Assembly (NCBI GenBank): GCA_964016885.1
Contig: OZ024740.1
Location: 326,368,001-326,432,000 of the forward strand
Direction: 5' to 3'
From: Eledone cirrhosa
Taxonomy: Eukaryota
Length of the DNA stretch: 64,000 nt
Shown here piece by piece: positions 34,901 through 43,896 of this stretch. A model generated the notes under the pieces. It worked only from the letters and a program-made list of their open reading frames with translations. It was not told the DNA's origin and ran no database searches. The position numbers were made by a program, and so were the translations under genes. Every line of letters starts with the position of its first letter. Position 1 is the first letter of the stretch.

Positions 34901-37312
34901 ATACAAGTGGCCAAAATGGGGTTCCTCCAAAGGGTCTTTGGAGTAATGTTATTTGATAGAATGCATAGCTCAGAAATCAAAGAGTCGCTATTTCTCTGAA
35001 TTGAGAGATCAAAGCTTCAATACTATCGACACGTGCTCAGAATGTCTAAGGAAAGAATCAGACCCCAAGCAAGATGGTTGGACAACATCTATGAGCTCAC
35101 TTGGTCTCGTTTGGGCATCCAGGCAGATCAATTGAGGACAATGCTGGTAACAGGACCTGCTGGAAGGTATACTTGAGGACTCTATCCCCATGACCATCCC
35201 AGGAATAAGTGGGGAAAAAAAGGCAGAGGAGACGTATTTGGAGGGATTTAGTAAAATAACTACTTTTCATCATTAAAAAGATATTTGGAATATAAATGAA
35301 TAAAAGGATTCCTACATAAAATTATAATAGGTTTTAAAATAAATTTAATGCAGATATAACTACTGTTTTTTAATTAGAAGCCCCATTGTGAAAAGAAGAA
35401 TGTGTAAATACATTTATATTATTCCCTCAAAAAAAAACGTATGATTAGCTCTACACATTTCAGAGATTCAGAAGATTTCTAGTGCTAAGATTCTGTATAG
35501 AAAGAGCCCTTGATAGCATTGCTATTTATGTCAAGCACGGTATAGACCATAATTGAAATGATCTAATACATGACATTTGCATGTCATGTATTTATTTGGC
35601 AACATAATTAAGTTTTTTTAATTTAAATATAGACACTTCAATATGTAACCTCAGGTAAGTTAGTATCGAAAAGGTTAGGTACAAATCAGTATTTGCAAAG
35701 GAAAGAGGAAGAAAGGAAGGAAGGAGAAAAGAAAAAAAGAGAAAAACAAATTGAACTACACTCAGTAATTTGATTTATTGACAGTAATTTAATGACTGTA
35801 GAGTTGTGGGAGTGGAGGTGCGTGGCCTAGTGGTAAGGGTGTTGATCATAACGTTGTGGGTTCGATTCCTGGGCTGGGTTGCGTATTGTGTTCTTGAGCA
35901 AAACACTTCTTTTCACAGTATGCTCAGCTGAAAATAAATACCAGCAATAGCTGGGGTTTAACCCTGCAATGGACTGGTGTTCTGTCTTGTTCTCTCAGTC
36001 ACTTCACGGCATGAAACTGGGATAAGTACCGGCCTAACAAGCCTTCTGGCTTAAGACAGACTTTAGACTTTAGAGTTAAGGGACAAAGTCAACTTTGGTG
36101 ATATTAGGTACCCTCATACTTTTGCTAACTTACCAACCTTTGAATAATGCAAAAATAATGATGGTGACAATACATACTTAAGGTAGCAAATTGTCAGAAT
36201 ATATCTTGCACCATTTGTTCTGGCTCTCTGAGTTCAAATCTTACCATGGTCAGCATTGTATTTCATCCTTTTAGAATTGATAAATAAAGTTACAGTCAAT
36301 TACAGATGTCAATTCTACTCACTCTCTCTCTCTCGTAGTCTCTCTAATTTCACTCACAGTGACTTGTAGTAGTAGTTTAACTCCGGGTTAACACTGATTG
36401 AGAAAACGTCTGACCAAAAGCATTCCTGCCATGACCATCCCCATTACTTTTTTCTGCTCATCTCCCCCCTTTTTAAGACAGTTGGGTGTGGTCATTGAGA
36501 AACCTTACAGCATGCCAACATCCCCAGCATGTACTCCTAGCTGAACCAATACCACCTTCAGTTGCCTGGCATATAGAGGGTGGTAAGTTACAAAAGATTA
36601 TTTTATATGGACAGCTGGCAGATGCCTCTAGGCATGTTGGAAGACCCAAACAACAATTCAAAGATGCTTGTGAAAGAAACCCAAGGATCTTAGCTCTTGT
36701 TATCAGTCAATCCACAAAGGTATCAAGCATGCAGACAAAACAAGAAGTCAGCTTGTAGCAGTGAAGGGTGGTTGAAGAATGATCACAGCAGACATTCCCA
36801 TTATCCAGACATCAGACTACATCTGCATCAAGAGCTGCTGTTTTGCATTGGCCTTCACAGTCACAACTGATGCTGCAAAGTCCCTACAATCTCCAATTAA
36901 TAGAGATGCTTCTAGCATGATCTCTTGAGACTGCATCACCTATTACGTTGATGAAGGTGTGGTCTAAGGGAGAATTGGCTGCTATTTTTAGTAGGTCTGG
37001 TATCCAAATACAAGCTTCCTATTTACATGTAGTTGTTGTTGTTTTTATTGCTGCAATAATATATTTATATGTACACTTCAGATATTGAATGATGCAGTTC
37101 CCACTGGACTAACAGACGAAGAACGTGAAATACTTATAAAGTGGAATCAATTAAATGCTGAAGAAAGACTGTTAACTTCAGAGTTTGAACAACTAAACAA
37201 TGAAAATACAAATATTAAATTGCGGCAACCATCTGAACTTGAACTACTAAATCTGGAACTTGATATAAGTTCTTTGAGTTTGCGATCTGAATCATTGGAT
37301 TTTCCATCATGA
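4661..37312 (+). CDS. 11-exon gene, ~480-aa coiled-coil protein, DUF4795 (QRICH2/C16orf96)-like C-terminus. CDS join: 4661-4690, 9641-10072, 12273-12383, 14329-14403, 17396-17509, 18295-18452, 19212-19268, 20461-20520, 23298-23378, 34186-34279, 37082-37312
   Basis: All exons have AG acceptors and GT (or two GC) donors with compatible phases, giving one open frame of 1443 nt. Motifs in order: EKCLSCNKPV, RHATGGPYF, WLKGRDDKLYK. Start ATG uncertain (the exon opens at 4647, in frame). Family assignment is from recalled motifs, not a database search. Confidence 0.8.
4874..4960. repeat. (ACT)n microsatellite
   Basis: Direct observation. Confidence 0.95.
5010..5348 (+). mobile_element. 3' part of RTE-tail retroposon with (TGA)n tail
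   Basis: Matches the 3' halves of the elements at 11505-12100 and 14842-15441. Confidence 0.8.
5475..5691. mobile_element. Tc1/pogo-like MITE (duplicated at ~6667-6897)
   Basis: Imperfect ~20-bp TIRs (14/20 match) bounded by TA. Confidence 0.5.
5741..5953. repeat. 71-bp minisatellite, 3 units
   Basis: Units start at 5741, 5812, 5883. Confidence 0.95.
6304..6520 (+). pseudogene. Truncated duplicate of the 5' half of coding exon 2
   Basis: Acceptor TTTTCAG plus ENSAAHL..SSLHI nearly identical to 9641-9857; runs into (ATG)n and stops at 6564. Confidence 0.85.
6947..9301. repeat. 71-bp minisatellite, 16 units, interrupted by a LINE in unit 4
   Basis: Units at 6947, 7018, 7089, 7160 and 8453 to 9231 (one unit has a 3-bp deletion). 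Confidence 0.95.
7209..8417 (+). mobile_element. 5'-truncated RTE-clade LINE (reverse transcriptase C-terminal half)
   Basis: Motifs QAGF, IDFSKAFDS, GVRQGCSLSP, DLDFADD, FTYLGS, LLYGSETW, RRRGRP; (CTGAGT)3 tail; 13-bp TSD ATCTGGATGTTCT at 7196-7208 and 8418-8430. Confidence 0.95.
10670..11450 (-). mobile_element. Degenerate RTE LINE 3' fragment
   Basis: Minus-strand remnants VEGSCSRGR and FVCGRC; (TGA)n tail near 10672. Confidence 0.7.
11505..12100 (+). mobile_element. RTE-derived retroposon: ORF 3' end, 3' region and (TGA)n tail, inserted in (TA)n
   Basis: GRPRKTW motif; closely matches 14842-15441. Confidence 0.85.
12120..12212 (-). mobile_element. Short 3' tail of the same retroposon family in opposite orientation
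   Basis: Reverse complement of 5260-5348; tail-to-tail with the element ending at 12100. Confidence 0.8.
12934..13516. mobile_element. pogo/Tigger-like MITE containing a nested P1 piggyBac MITE (13197-13427)
   Basis: TA-CCATA...CTTATAAGACAC / GTGTCTTATAAG...TATGG-TA ends; inner TTAA-CCCTATAGCATTTA...AATGCTAAAGGG. Confidence 0.65.
13976..14230 (-). mobile_element. Two adjacent family A SINE pieces
   Basis: Reverse complement of the family A consensus, twice, each beginning AGGAAATAATTGTTTCTAC. Confidence 0.8.
14842..15441 (+). mobile_element. RTE-derived retroposon 3' fragment
   Basis: LRWYGHVMRM...GRPRKTW, followed by the shared 3' region and (TGA)n tail. Confidence 0.9.
15635..15861 (+). 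mobile_element. piggyBac-type MITE P1
   Basis: Full TTAA-CCC...GGG-TTAA copy. Confidence 0.9.
16450..16670 (-). mobile_element. tRNA-derived CORE-like SINE, family B
   Basis: Reverse strand carries GGTTCGATTCC B-box and TGTGTTCTTGAGCAAAACACTT core-like motif. Confidence 0.7.
20840..21605 (+). mobile_element. Degenerate RTE LINE 3' fragment
   Basis: Remnants ADDLVLIAE, WYGHVM, RGRPRK across frameshifts. Confidence 0.75.
21710..21902 (+). mobile_element. Near full-length family A SINE
   Basis: A-box-like TGGCAGTATTGG, B-box GAGTTCAAATCC, central domain and tail. Confidence 0.85.
22100..23192 (+). mobile_element. 5'-truncated CR1-clade LINE relic
   Basis: VPQRSVLGPLLF, YADHIKLY, LQSDLD, WQLKLAVDKC, ERDLGI, HLEFASPVWNP, WNKLP; stops and frameshifts; (ATT)n tail. 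Confidence 0.9.
24695..24916 (+). mobile_element. piggyBac-type MITE family P2 inserted into a family A SINE
   Basis: Ends AAAGGG-TTAA; body matches 31958-32636 and ~46195-46422. Confidence 0.6.
25185..25652. mobile_element. pogo/Tigger-like MITE
   Basis: 25-bp TIR CCGTATATGCCGGCGTACAAGTCGA (2 mismatches) with TA on both sides. Confidence 0.9.
26063..26346. repeat. (GTT/GCT)n compound microsatellite with a local duplication
   Basis: AGAGTAAGTACATTGATCCA occurs twice, each followed by triplet runs. Confidence 0.9.
26721..27524 (+). pseudogene. gag of the LTR element
   Basis: Two zinc knuckles: CFRSQGPHMARDC (degenerate) and CYRCKRPGHIANNC. Confidence 0.85.
27525..29682 (+). pseudogene. pol of the LTR element (protease, RT, RNase H, truncated integrase), frameshifted
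   Basis: ALVDTVC (protease), RPVLDF, RLGFGLNSAP, YINDILV (RT), YDASS...HINVTEL...TDS (RNase H), HHMG...CDRC and WKRLAVDMTH (integrase N-terminus). Confidence 0.9.
29819..31535. repeat. 1.7-kb triplet-based minisatellite (GTCACTGCTACTATTACCATTGCTGGT plus variable (GTT)n)
   Basis: Variable-length units, all multiples of 3 nt; source of the long spurious ORFs. Confidence 0.97.
31958..32636 (+). mobile_element. piggyBac-type MITE P2 with a nested family B SINE (~32095-32540, minus strand)
   Basis: TTAA at both ends; halves match 24695-24916; insert matches the reverse complement of 59645-59979. Confidence 0.75.
33003..33125. repeat. 21-bp tandem repeat (~6 units)
   Basis: AGAAT(A/G)TGCAGTG recurs every 21 nt. 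Confidence 0.85.
33125..34140 (-). mobile_element. Degenerate CRE-like (restriction-like endonuclease) non-LTR retrotransposon
   Basis: YLDDATL RT motif near 34100; downstream CxC remnant and LEP...KKPDGITV (RPDG-type endonuclease motif). Confidence 0.6.
34680..35215 (+). mobile_element. Degenerate RTE LINE 3' fragment
   Basis: Same family as 39095-39716; shared GCCAAAATGGGGTTCCTCCAAAGG segment. Confidence 0.7.
35814..36072 (+). mobile_element. Family B CORE-like SINE
   Basis: A-box TGGCCTAGTGG, B-box GGTTCGATTCC, core TGTGTTCTTGAGCAAAACACTT. Confidence 0.85.
36480..36945 (+). mobile_element. RTE (BovB-like) LINE 3' relic
   Basis: KIILYGQLADASRHVGRPKQQFKD motif. Confidence 0.7.
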
Positions 37313-38114
37313 AACAAGGGGAGATAAGTATACATGCTTCTGCTTCAAAAATGGAACAATTTAATTGCTGTTAACTACAAAAATATTATAGAGGGTTAAT
37401 AATTGAAGACCAATGAATTTGTGAAAGTTGCAACCTATAGGTGGCTTGACAATGTCCATAATCAAACCTTCAATTGAACTCAAACATAATTACATAGCAA
37501 AACTGAATAAATTTCAGTACAAAACTTAATTCTTCTTTAACATATAAAGTTAGTCATGCATACATGATGGCTGCATCTCAATTTCAAGGATTGTCATCAC
37601 TTGATCCTTCTTTCACACATGGGTGGCACGAACATGACTTCTTAATTCTGCCAAGGACTTACGGTCCTTTCTGCATATGCTTCAATAAAAATAAAAAAAA
37701 AATAAAAAAATAAAAAAAAGCTTTTTTCGGCTACAGCCAGACATGCTTATGCAATATATGTGAAAGATGTTTAGATCAAGTGATGCCTGTGCTTGAAGTT
37801 TTTTTAAGTGAAGAAAGGCCTTACACTGGACCAATCCCACTCTCTGAACAATGATGAGAGGTATCCAAAAAGAAGAATAAATCAATATCATTGACTGCTA
37901 CTGGAGTTACAGGTTTGAATTTAGATCTTTCCTTATAGAATGATGTGTTAACATGGACTAGGGTTCTCTCACATCCAGTGGGCTAACCACACGCTTGAGC
38001 ACCAAATCAAGTATTTCCATGTCTTCACACACATACATATATATATATATATAAGATGCTTCCATAGTTATGCAGCGAGTTTGTGGTAATTTTTATGCAG
38101 GTTATACTTGGAGT

Positions 38115-38284
38115 AATTATTCCCTTTTTACTCCTCTTGCTTACATTCTCACTATCCTCCAGTTATATTGAGTATGAATGTATATATATGTATGTATATA
38201 TATATATACACATTCATACGCAAATACTCAATATAACTGGAGGATAGTGAGAATGTAAGCAAGAGGAGTAAAAAGGGAATAATT
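38115..38284. repeat. Perfect 61-bp inverted repeat around a (TA)-rich spacer
   Basis: 38115-38175 is the exact reverse complement of 38224-38284. Confidence 0.95.
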
Positions 38285-39094
38285 GAAAAAGATTGTAACA
38301 ACTGACAAAGTAATTGTCGTTAAGATATTTTTATTTATTTAGCACAGTCATGTGCTGACAGGCAGCAGTTTGAGTGTGAATGCGAGAATGAAAGATATGT
38401 ATTCTTACACTAAAGATGGTAAACACAAGACACATACATCTGTAAAGTAGCTCCACTCATATTACTACATCATCATCACCATTTAATGTCCATTTTTGCA
38501 TGCAAGCATGGGTTAGATGAGTTGTCTCATTGTGAGTCAAGTCAGGTCAGATGACTATGTACAAAACTGTTTTTGGCTTGGTTTCTATGGCCGGATGCCA
38601 ACCACATTTATAGTGTGGATTGGGTGCATTTTGTCATGGCACCAATACGACCAGTTTACATTGTGGACTGGGCAGTTTTGTTGTGTCACCTACATGACCA
38701 CTTTACAGTTTTGGTCAGGGCACCAGAACAACCACTTTACTGTGTGGACCAAGTGCTTTCGTTTTGGCTCCAAAGCAACAATTTTAGTGCAGATTGGGTT
38801 CTTTTTGTCGCAGCAGAAAAAGTGGTGAACTGAGTGCTTGGCACCGAAACGGCCACTCATTACAAATCAAAGGATTATATCTTCATAGTAGATAGAAATA
38901 GATTCTGATCAATGCCTTATTGTTGTTTTCGTAATTAAGTTATATATAATTGATGTAACAGAGTTTTTGAAACAGAAATGTTTGTGACTAGTGGTAAATC
39001 ATGGGTTGTTTTGTTGTCCACAATGTTGCACAATTGTGTATATGTATGGTAGTTTCGCCAATGCATGTGTTTGTTTTTGTTCATATGTTTATCT

Positions 39095-39716
39095 TCTTCA
39101 CCCACTTATTCCTGTGAGGGTCATGGGGGAAGTCCTTAAACTCCTTTCAGCGGGTCCTGTCAGAAGTAACCATCTCCAAAAGATTTGGCTGGATCCCCAT
39201 GAGAGACCAGCCAATCTCTTGGATGTTATCCAACCATCTTACTTGGAGTCTACCCCTGGGTCTCCTGGTTGGTTTTGACCATAGAATCTGTCCAGTGATT
39301 CTTTCCTGAGACATTGTAACCACATGCCCATAGTATCAGAGTTGAGATTTCTCAATTCAGAAAAGTAGCAGCTCTACCTGGAGTGACTCTCTGATCTACG
39401 CACTCTATCAAGTAACGTTACTCCAAAAGCCCTTTGGAGGAACCCCATTTTGGCCGCTTTTATTTACGATCATATTCTTTTGGTCGTTACCTAAGATTCA
39501 TGACCAATGGAGTTCCACTGAAGCAGGTAGAGAAGTTCAAGTATCTCGGAGTCATGTTCGCGAGTGATGGAAGGCAGGAGGCTGAATTAAGTGCAAGAAT
39601 TGCAGGAGCTGGTGCAGTAATGTGTCAACTTCAGCTTTTGGTAATCAAAAGAAGGGAGGTAGGTGTAAAAGCCAAACTCGCTATCGTCAATCTGGCATTT
39701 GTGCCAGCCCTTGTGT
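39095..39716 (-). mobile_element. RTE LINE fragment with 5' inversion
   Basis: 3' part on the minus strand (to ~39506); adjacent upstream part VEKFKYLG...FVPALV on the plus strand. Confidence 0.75.
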
Positions 39717-39837
39717 GTATATAGGAGTTGTGTATGTGCTGCTTGAGTTCAATGATGTATCACTTCAACACCTCTATATAAAGTCACTTTCAAATTGTAA
39801 TTTTTTTATCCACATGATAATAGATATGATTATTATA

Positions 39838-40250
39838 TTTGGCAGTATCGGTAGTGTCAGACCACATGCTTTGCACCAAAAGTTATGGTCCTTCATGTTC
39901 TGAGTTCAAATCCTGCCATGGTTAGCTTTGCCTTTCATCCTTATGGGTTTGATAAAACAAAGTATCAGTAATGTACTGGGGTCGATTTAATTCACTTTCT
40001 CCTTCCCCCAAAATTGTTGGCTTTATGCCTATAGTAGAAATCATTATTATTTCAGTTTTTTTTATTGCGGGTGATTGGCAGTATCGGACGTCATGCTTTG
40101 ACGCAGAGTTACGGCCCTTGCCATTCTGAGTTCAAATCCCACCGAGGTTAACTTTGCCTTTCATCCTTACAGGGTCGATAAAATAAAGTACCAGTAATGC
40201 ACTGGGTAATTGCTGGCCTTGTGCCAAAAGTAGAAACAATTATTATTATT
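39838..40250 (+). mobile_element. Two tandem family A SINEs
   Basis: Two consecutive copies of head, B-box, central domain and tail. Confidence 0.85.
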
Positions 40251-40879
40251 TCAGTTTTCATTTTATTAGCATATTGTCTTACTTGTCTCCTTTTCATTAT
40301 CTCTCCAAAGTGAACATTTTTTTCTGAGCTTCTGGCAACCTGCTTTTTCTAAGATGGCCGAGAAATTTTTGATTTATTACCAGAATTTGTAATCATTCAA
40401 AAAATAAACGGACGCAAATGATGGACTAGGCCTTGTGCCACATGAGTTGCCTTGTTTTGAAAAGAGGACCACTTCTCTATGCACTAATGCTGCTTGCAGT
40501 CACGAGGTTGTTCACTTTGCTCTACAATAATAATAATTTATAGAAAGATTGGAGCTTAAACTCCTTATATATTTAAAATTTATTTCTATCATATCAACAG
40601 ACACCAGGCAATAAGAATTCTCCCAAATTGATTATCATTTACGTCCATCTTCCACACTAGCATGGGTTAAACGGTTTTGTTCCATTTGATGCAGGAATGG
40701 TCAGGAGACTATATTTATTCTAATTTACAATTTCTGATCTATAAAATTGATATTCTCAGCATTCGGATTTTTGGATATTTCTAAATCTGTTAGAAAATTG
40801 TCAAAATATGAAGAAAAATGGTTTATCAGCAAAGTTATGTAAGAAAATATTATGGACATCAACATCAAGGATGATACAT

Positions 40880-42480
40880 TTATCATCATCATCATTTTAC
40901 ATCCATTTTCCATAGGTTAAAGGAGTCTTCTCCAGCACAGCATGTCTATACTTTGTGAAATGTAGTTTCTTGAGATCAGCTTTCACCATCTCTGCCACAT
41001 CTTTCTTAGTCTTCTACTATGACTGCCTTCCAATTCAAACTCTTGGTGTTTTTTCATTCACATGTTACATGTCTGAACTAATGCAATCTTCTCTCCTGCA
41101 TGCAACAGCCAACTCTTCAGCTCATCTATGCATTACCATTCATGCATATTAACATTACACATCCAGCAGAGCTTGCTCACTTTGTTTATCTCCAATACAA
41201 CATAGCACTTTGCACACAGGCATCATTCAGTCTCTCTTATCTGGAGATACAACCCCTTTGTTGTAACAGAGGCAGCAGCTCCCAGAACTTTTTCCATCCT
41301 GTTCTTATTCTCGGTATTACACATTCAGAGCAACCTCCACCACTGCCAACTAGGTAACAGTAGCTATCAACTACTTCTATGGAACCTTTCCCAGATTAGA
41401 AAAAGTTTATTTCTTTTGTGCCCTTACTACAAACTACACCTTTCCATCTCCCACTGGCAGTGTACCTTTACTGTCCGCTTGCCTTCAATCCCACATCAAA
41501 TTCACCACATACAATTCCTACCAATTCCTTTTATATATATATCAAGCATGACCATTTCCCTGATGGTATGTAGCTTTTCTTTCCTACTTACAAGAAATTT
41601 GGTCTTTGCTAAGTTTATTCTTAGCTCTTTTGATTATAGATTTTACTTCCACAAGTTATTTCTTCTCTAGATCTTCCATGGGCACCTAGACTTAAACTCC
41701 TCAGTAATGGCCTTGAGCACTATAATAAACAGCAGAGAAGGCTAAGGTCCAAGCATTGGTACACATCAACTTGAATACTAAATACTTAACTGAAATAATT
41801 GCCAACTCACATTTTAATGACAGTGTCTCTGTACATGGCTGGTATTGTTCTCATAAGCCATTCGTCTCTGTATAGTTTTCTTCAGGCTAATGAGACTAAT
41901 GAGTGTGGTATTTTATCAAATGCCTTATCCAGATCAATAAATGCTGTAACAGAAGAGTTTAGAACTGGTTGCCCATGAGAATTTCTCTATGCCACTGATC
42001 TAACCCTTATCTATAGCAGAATTAGAGAAGAAATTTCAAACCTGAAAGCAAAAGGTCTTAAAGTCAATTTGGCAAAGTCTAAAGTCCTAGTAATTAGGAA
42101 GGAAATCAAGGCTTTGATCCCTTCAAGGAAATGAGTTAGTAGAAATTCCATCCTCTATCCCAAAAGCCAACTATGGGTACATGAACATACTAACAAAGAA
42201 CGTAGGTTTCACATGTGATTGATGCACAGGAGCAGTAAGCAGAAAGAGCTCACAAGAAACAAGCTCTATAGAAGTAGTTGATAGCTTCTGTTTCCTGAGT
42301 GACCAAATTAACAGTGGGGATGGATAATCTGAAAGTATAGTAGCAAGAGTGAGAATGGGAGGGAAAAAGTTGAAGGAATAACTAACACTGCTAGCTACAA
42401 AAGGTTCCTCCCTCAAAATGAAAGACAGATTGTATGAAGCTTGTGTACAAACTGCAATGATGCATGGAAGTGAGACTCAA
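40880..42480. mobile_element. Degenerate RTE LINE fragments in opposite orientations
   Basis: Minus piece ~40880-41950 (remnant FIDLDKAFDK) and plus piece ~41990-42480 (EVVDSFCFL, MHGSET). Confidence 0.65.
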
Positions 42481-42947
42481 CCACCATGTCAAACAGTCTC
42501 TCTGGCCATCAATTACTGATTTTTTAGAAGATTTAAGCATGGTGCTAGAAATATGAACAAGACTTGGTTGGCTTGTGGAACATTTGAAATTTGAAAACAC
42601 AATCATCAATGTAGACACAACTAGAATAATGGTTGACAACTACACATGATAGTCCAAACAATTGGGCAAAGCACCCACAGAGACACTTATGGGGAATAGA
42701 GACATGCCTCATAAGTCAACATATATATCATCATTTTACATCTATTTCCTATGCTTGCATGGGTTAGATGTGTTGCATTCTCTGAGGTTAGACAGGCAGG
42801 TCAGAGAACTGTCTTGCTCATATGTTGCATTTTGACATGGTTTCTATGGCATGATACCCTTAGTGTCAACTAATGCCAACCACTATGGTATGTATAAAGT
42901 TCATTTTCTCATGGCATCACCACTACCACCTGACAAATGCATAAATG

Positions 42948-42980
<33 letters not shown>

Positions 42981-43754
42981 GAGAGAGAGATAGCATCTTT
43001 AGTTTCCATTTACCAAATTCACTCATAATGCATTGGCCAATTTAAGGCTATAGTAGAAAACACTTGCCCAAGGTAGCATGTAGTGTGATAGAATGTAAAA
43101 CCATGAGGTTACAAAGTGAACTTCTTCAACCAAACAGCCATGCCTGCATCTTATAAACCCACACATAAAAAAAGAAAAGAATGAGGCATTTAAATGTGTT
43201 TATTAATAGGCATAATAAATAGTCTGTTAAGAGAAAAAGAAAACAAGAGGAATGTTCCAATATTCTAAAAATATTAAAAAGTCTTTTACACTATGGCTGT
43301 TTGCAACTAACATGAAGGTTTTCCTCCAAAAATATATGGAATATATTGAATTTACTGCAGAAAAATGCTGAGACTATCACTGAAAATATAGTTCTGATAA
43401 AAATAACAGGAAACCAGAGTTTCTCTATATAATATCACCAATCGAGAGATAAAAAGAGAAAGAACTGTTAAATTTTATTGAATGTTTACCCCAAAGTTAA
43501 GCAGTGGAGTTATAGAAAGTATCAATATCAAGCACTTTTATTTATATATATACTTTCTTTCTAACCAATTATATCATTTATTTTAATCAATATTTTCTCG
43601 TTCAGTGACATCAACAACCAATGCTTTATCTCTTTAATCCAACCAGAGCATATTAACTTGAATCTACTAACAAGTGACACACTCAATATATATATGAGTC
43701 CCGGGTTCAATTGGGGGCAACCACAGTAAGGTACTCAATACATTAGTAGAGTGT

Positions 43755-43896
43755 AAACAAGTTTAATATAGAAATGGCTTCTACGGGACTAGAATTGTTT
43801 TATTCAAAAGAAATCACCAGAAAGGCTTTCCTGATGATTTCTTTTGAATGAAACAGTTCTAGCCCTGAAGAAGTCATTTCTATATTAAACTTGTTA
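43755..43896. repeat. Fold-back element with CTGATGA...GAAA core; related copy at ~23425-23530
   Basis: ~65-bp imperfect inverted arms next to (TA)n. Confidence 0.8.
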
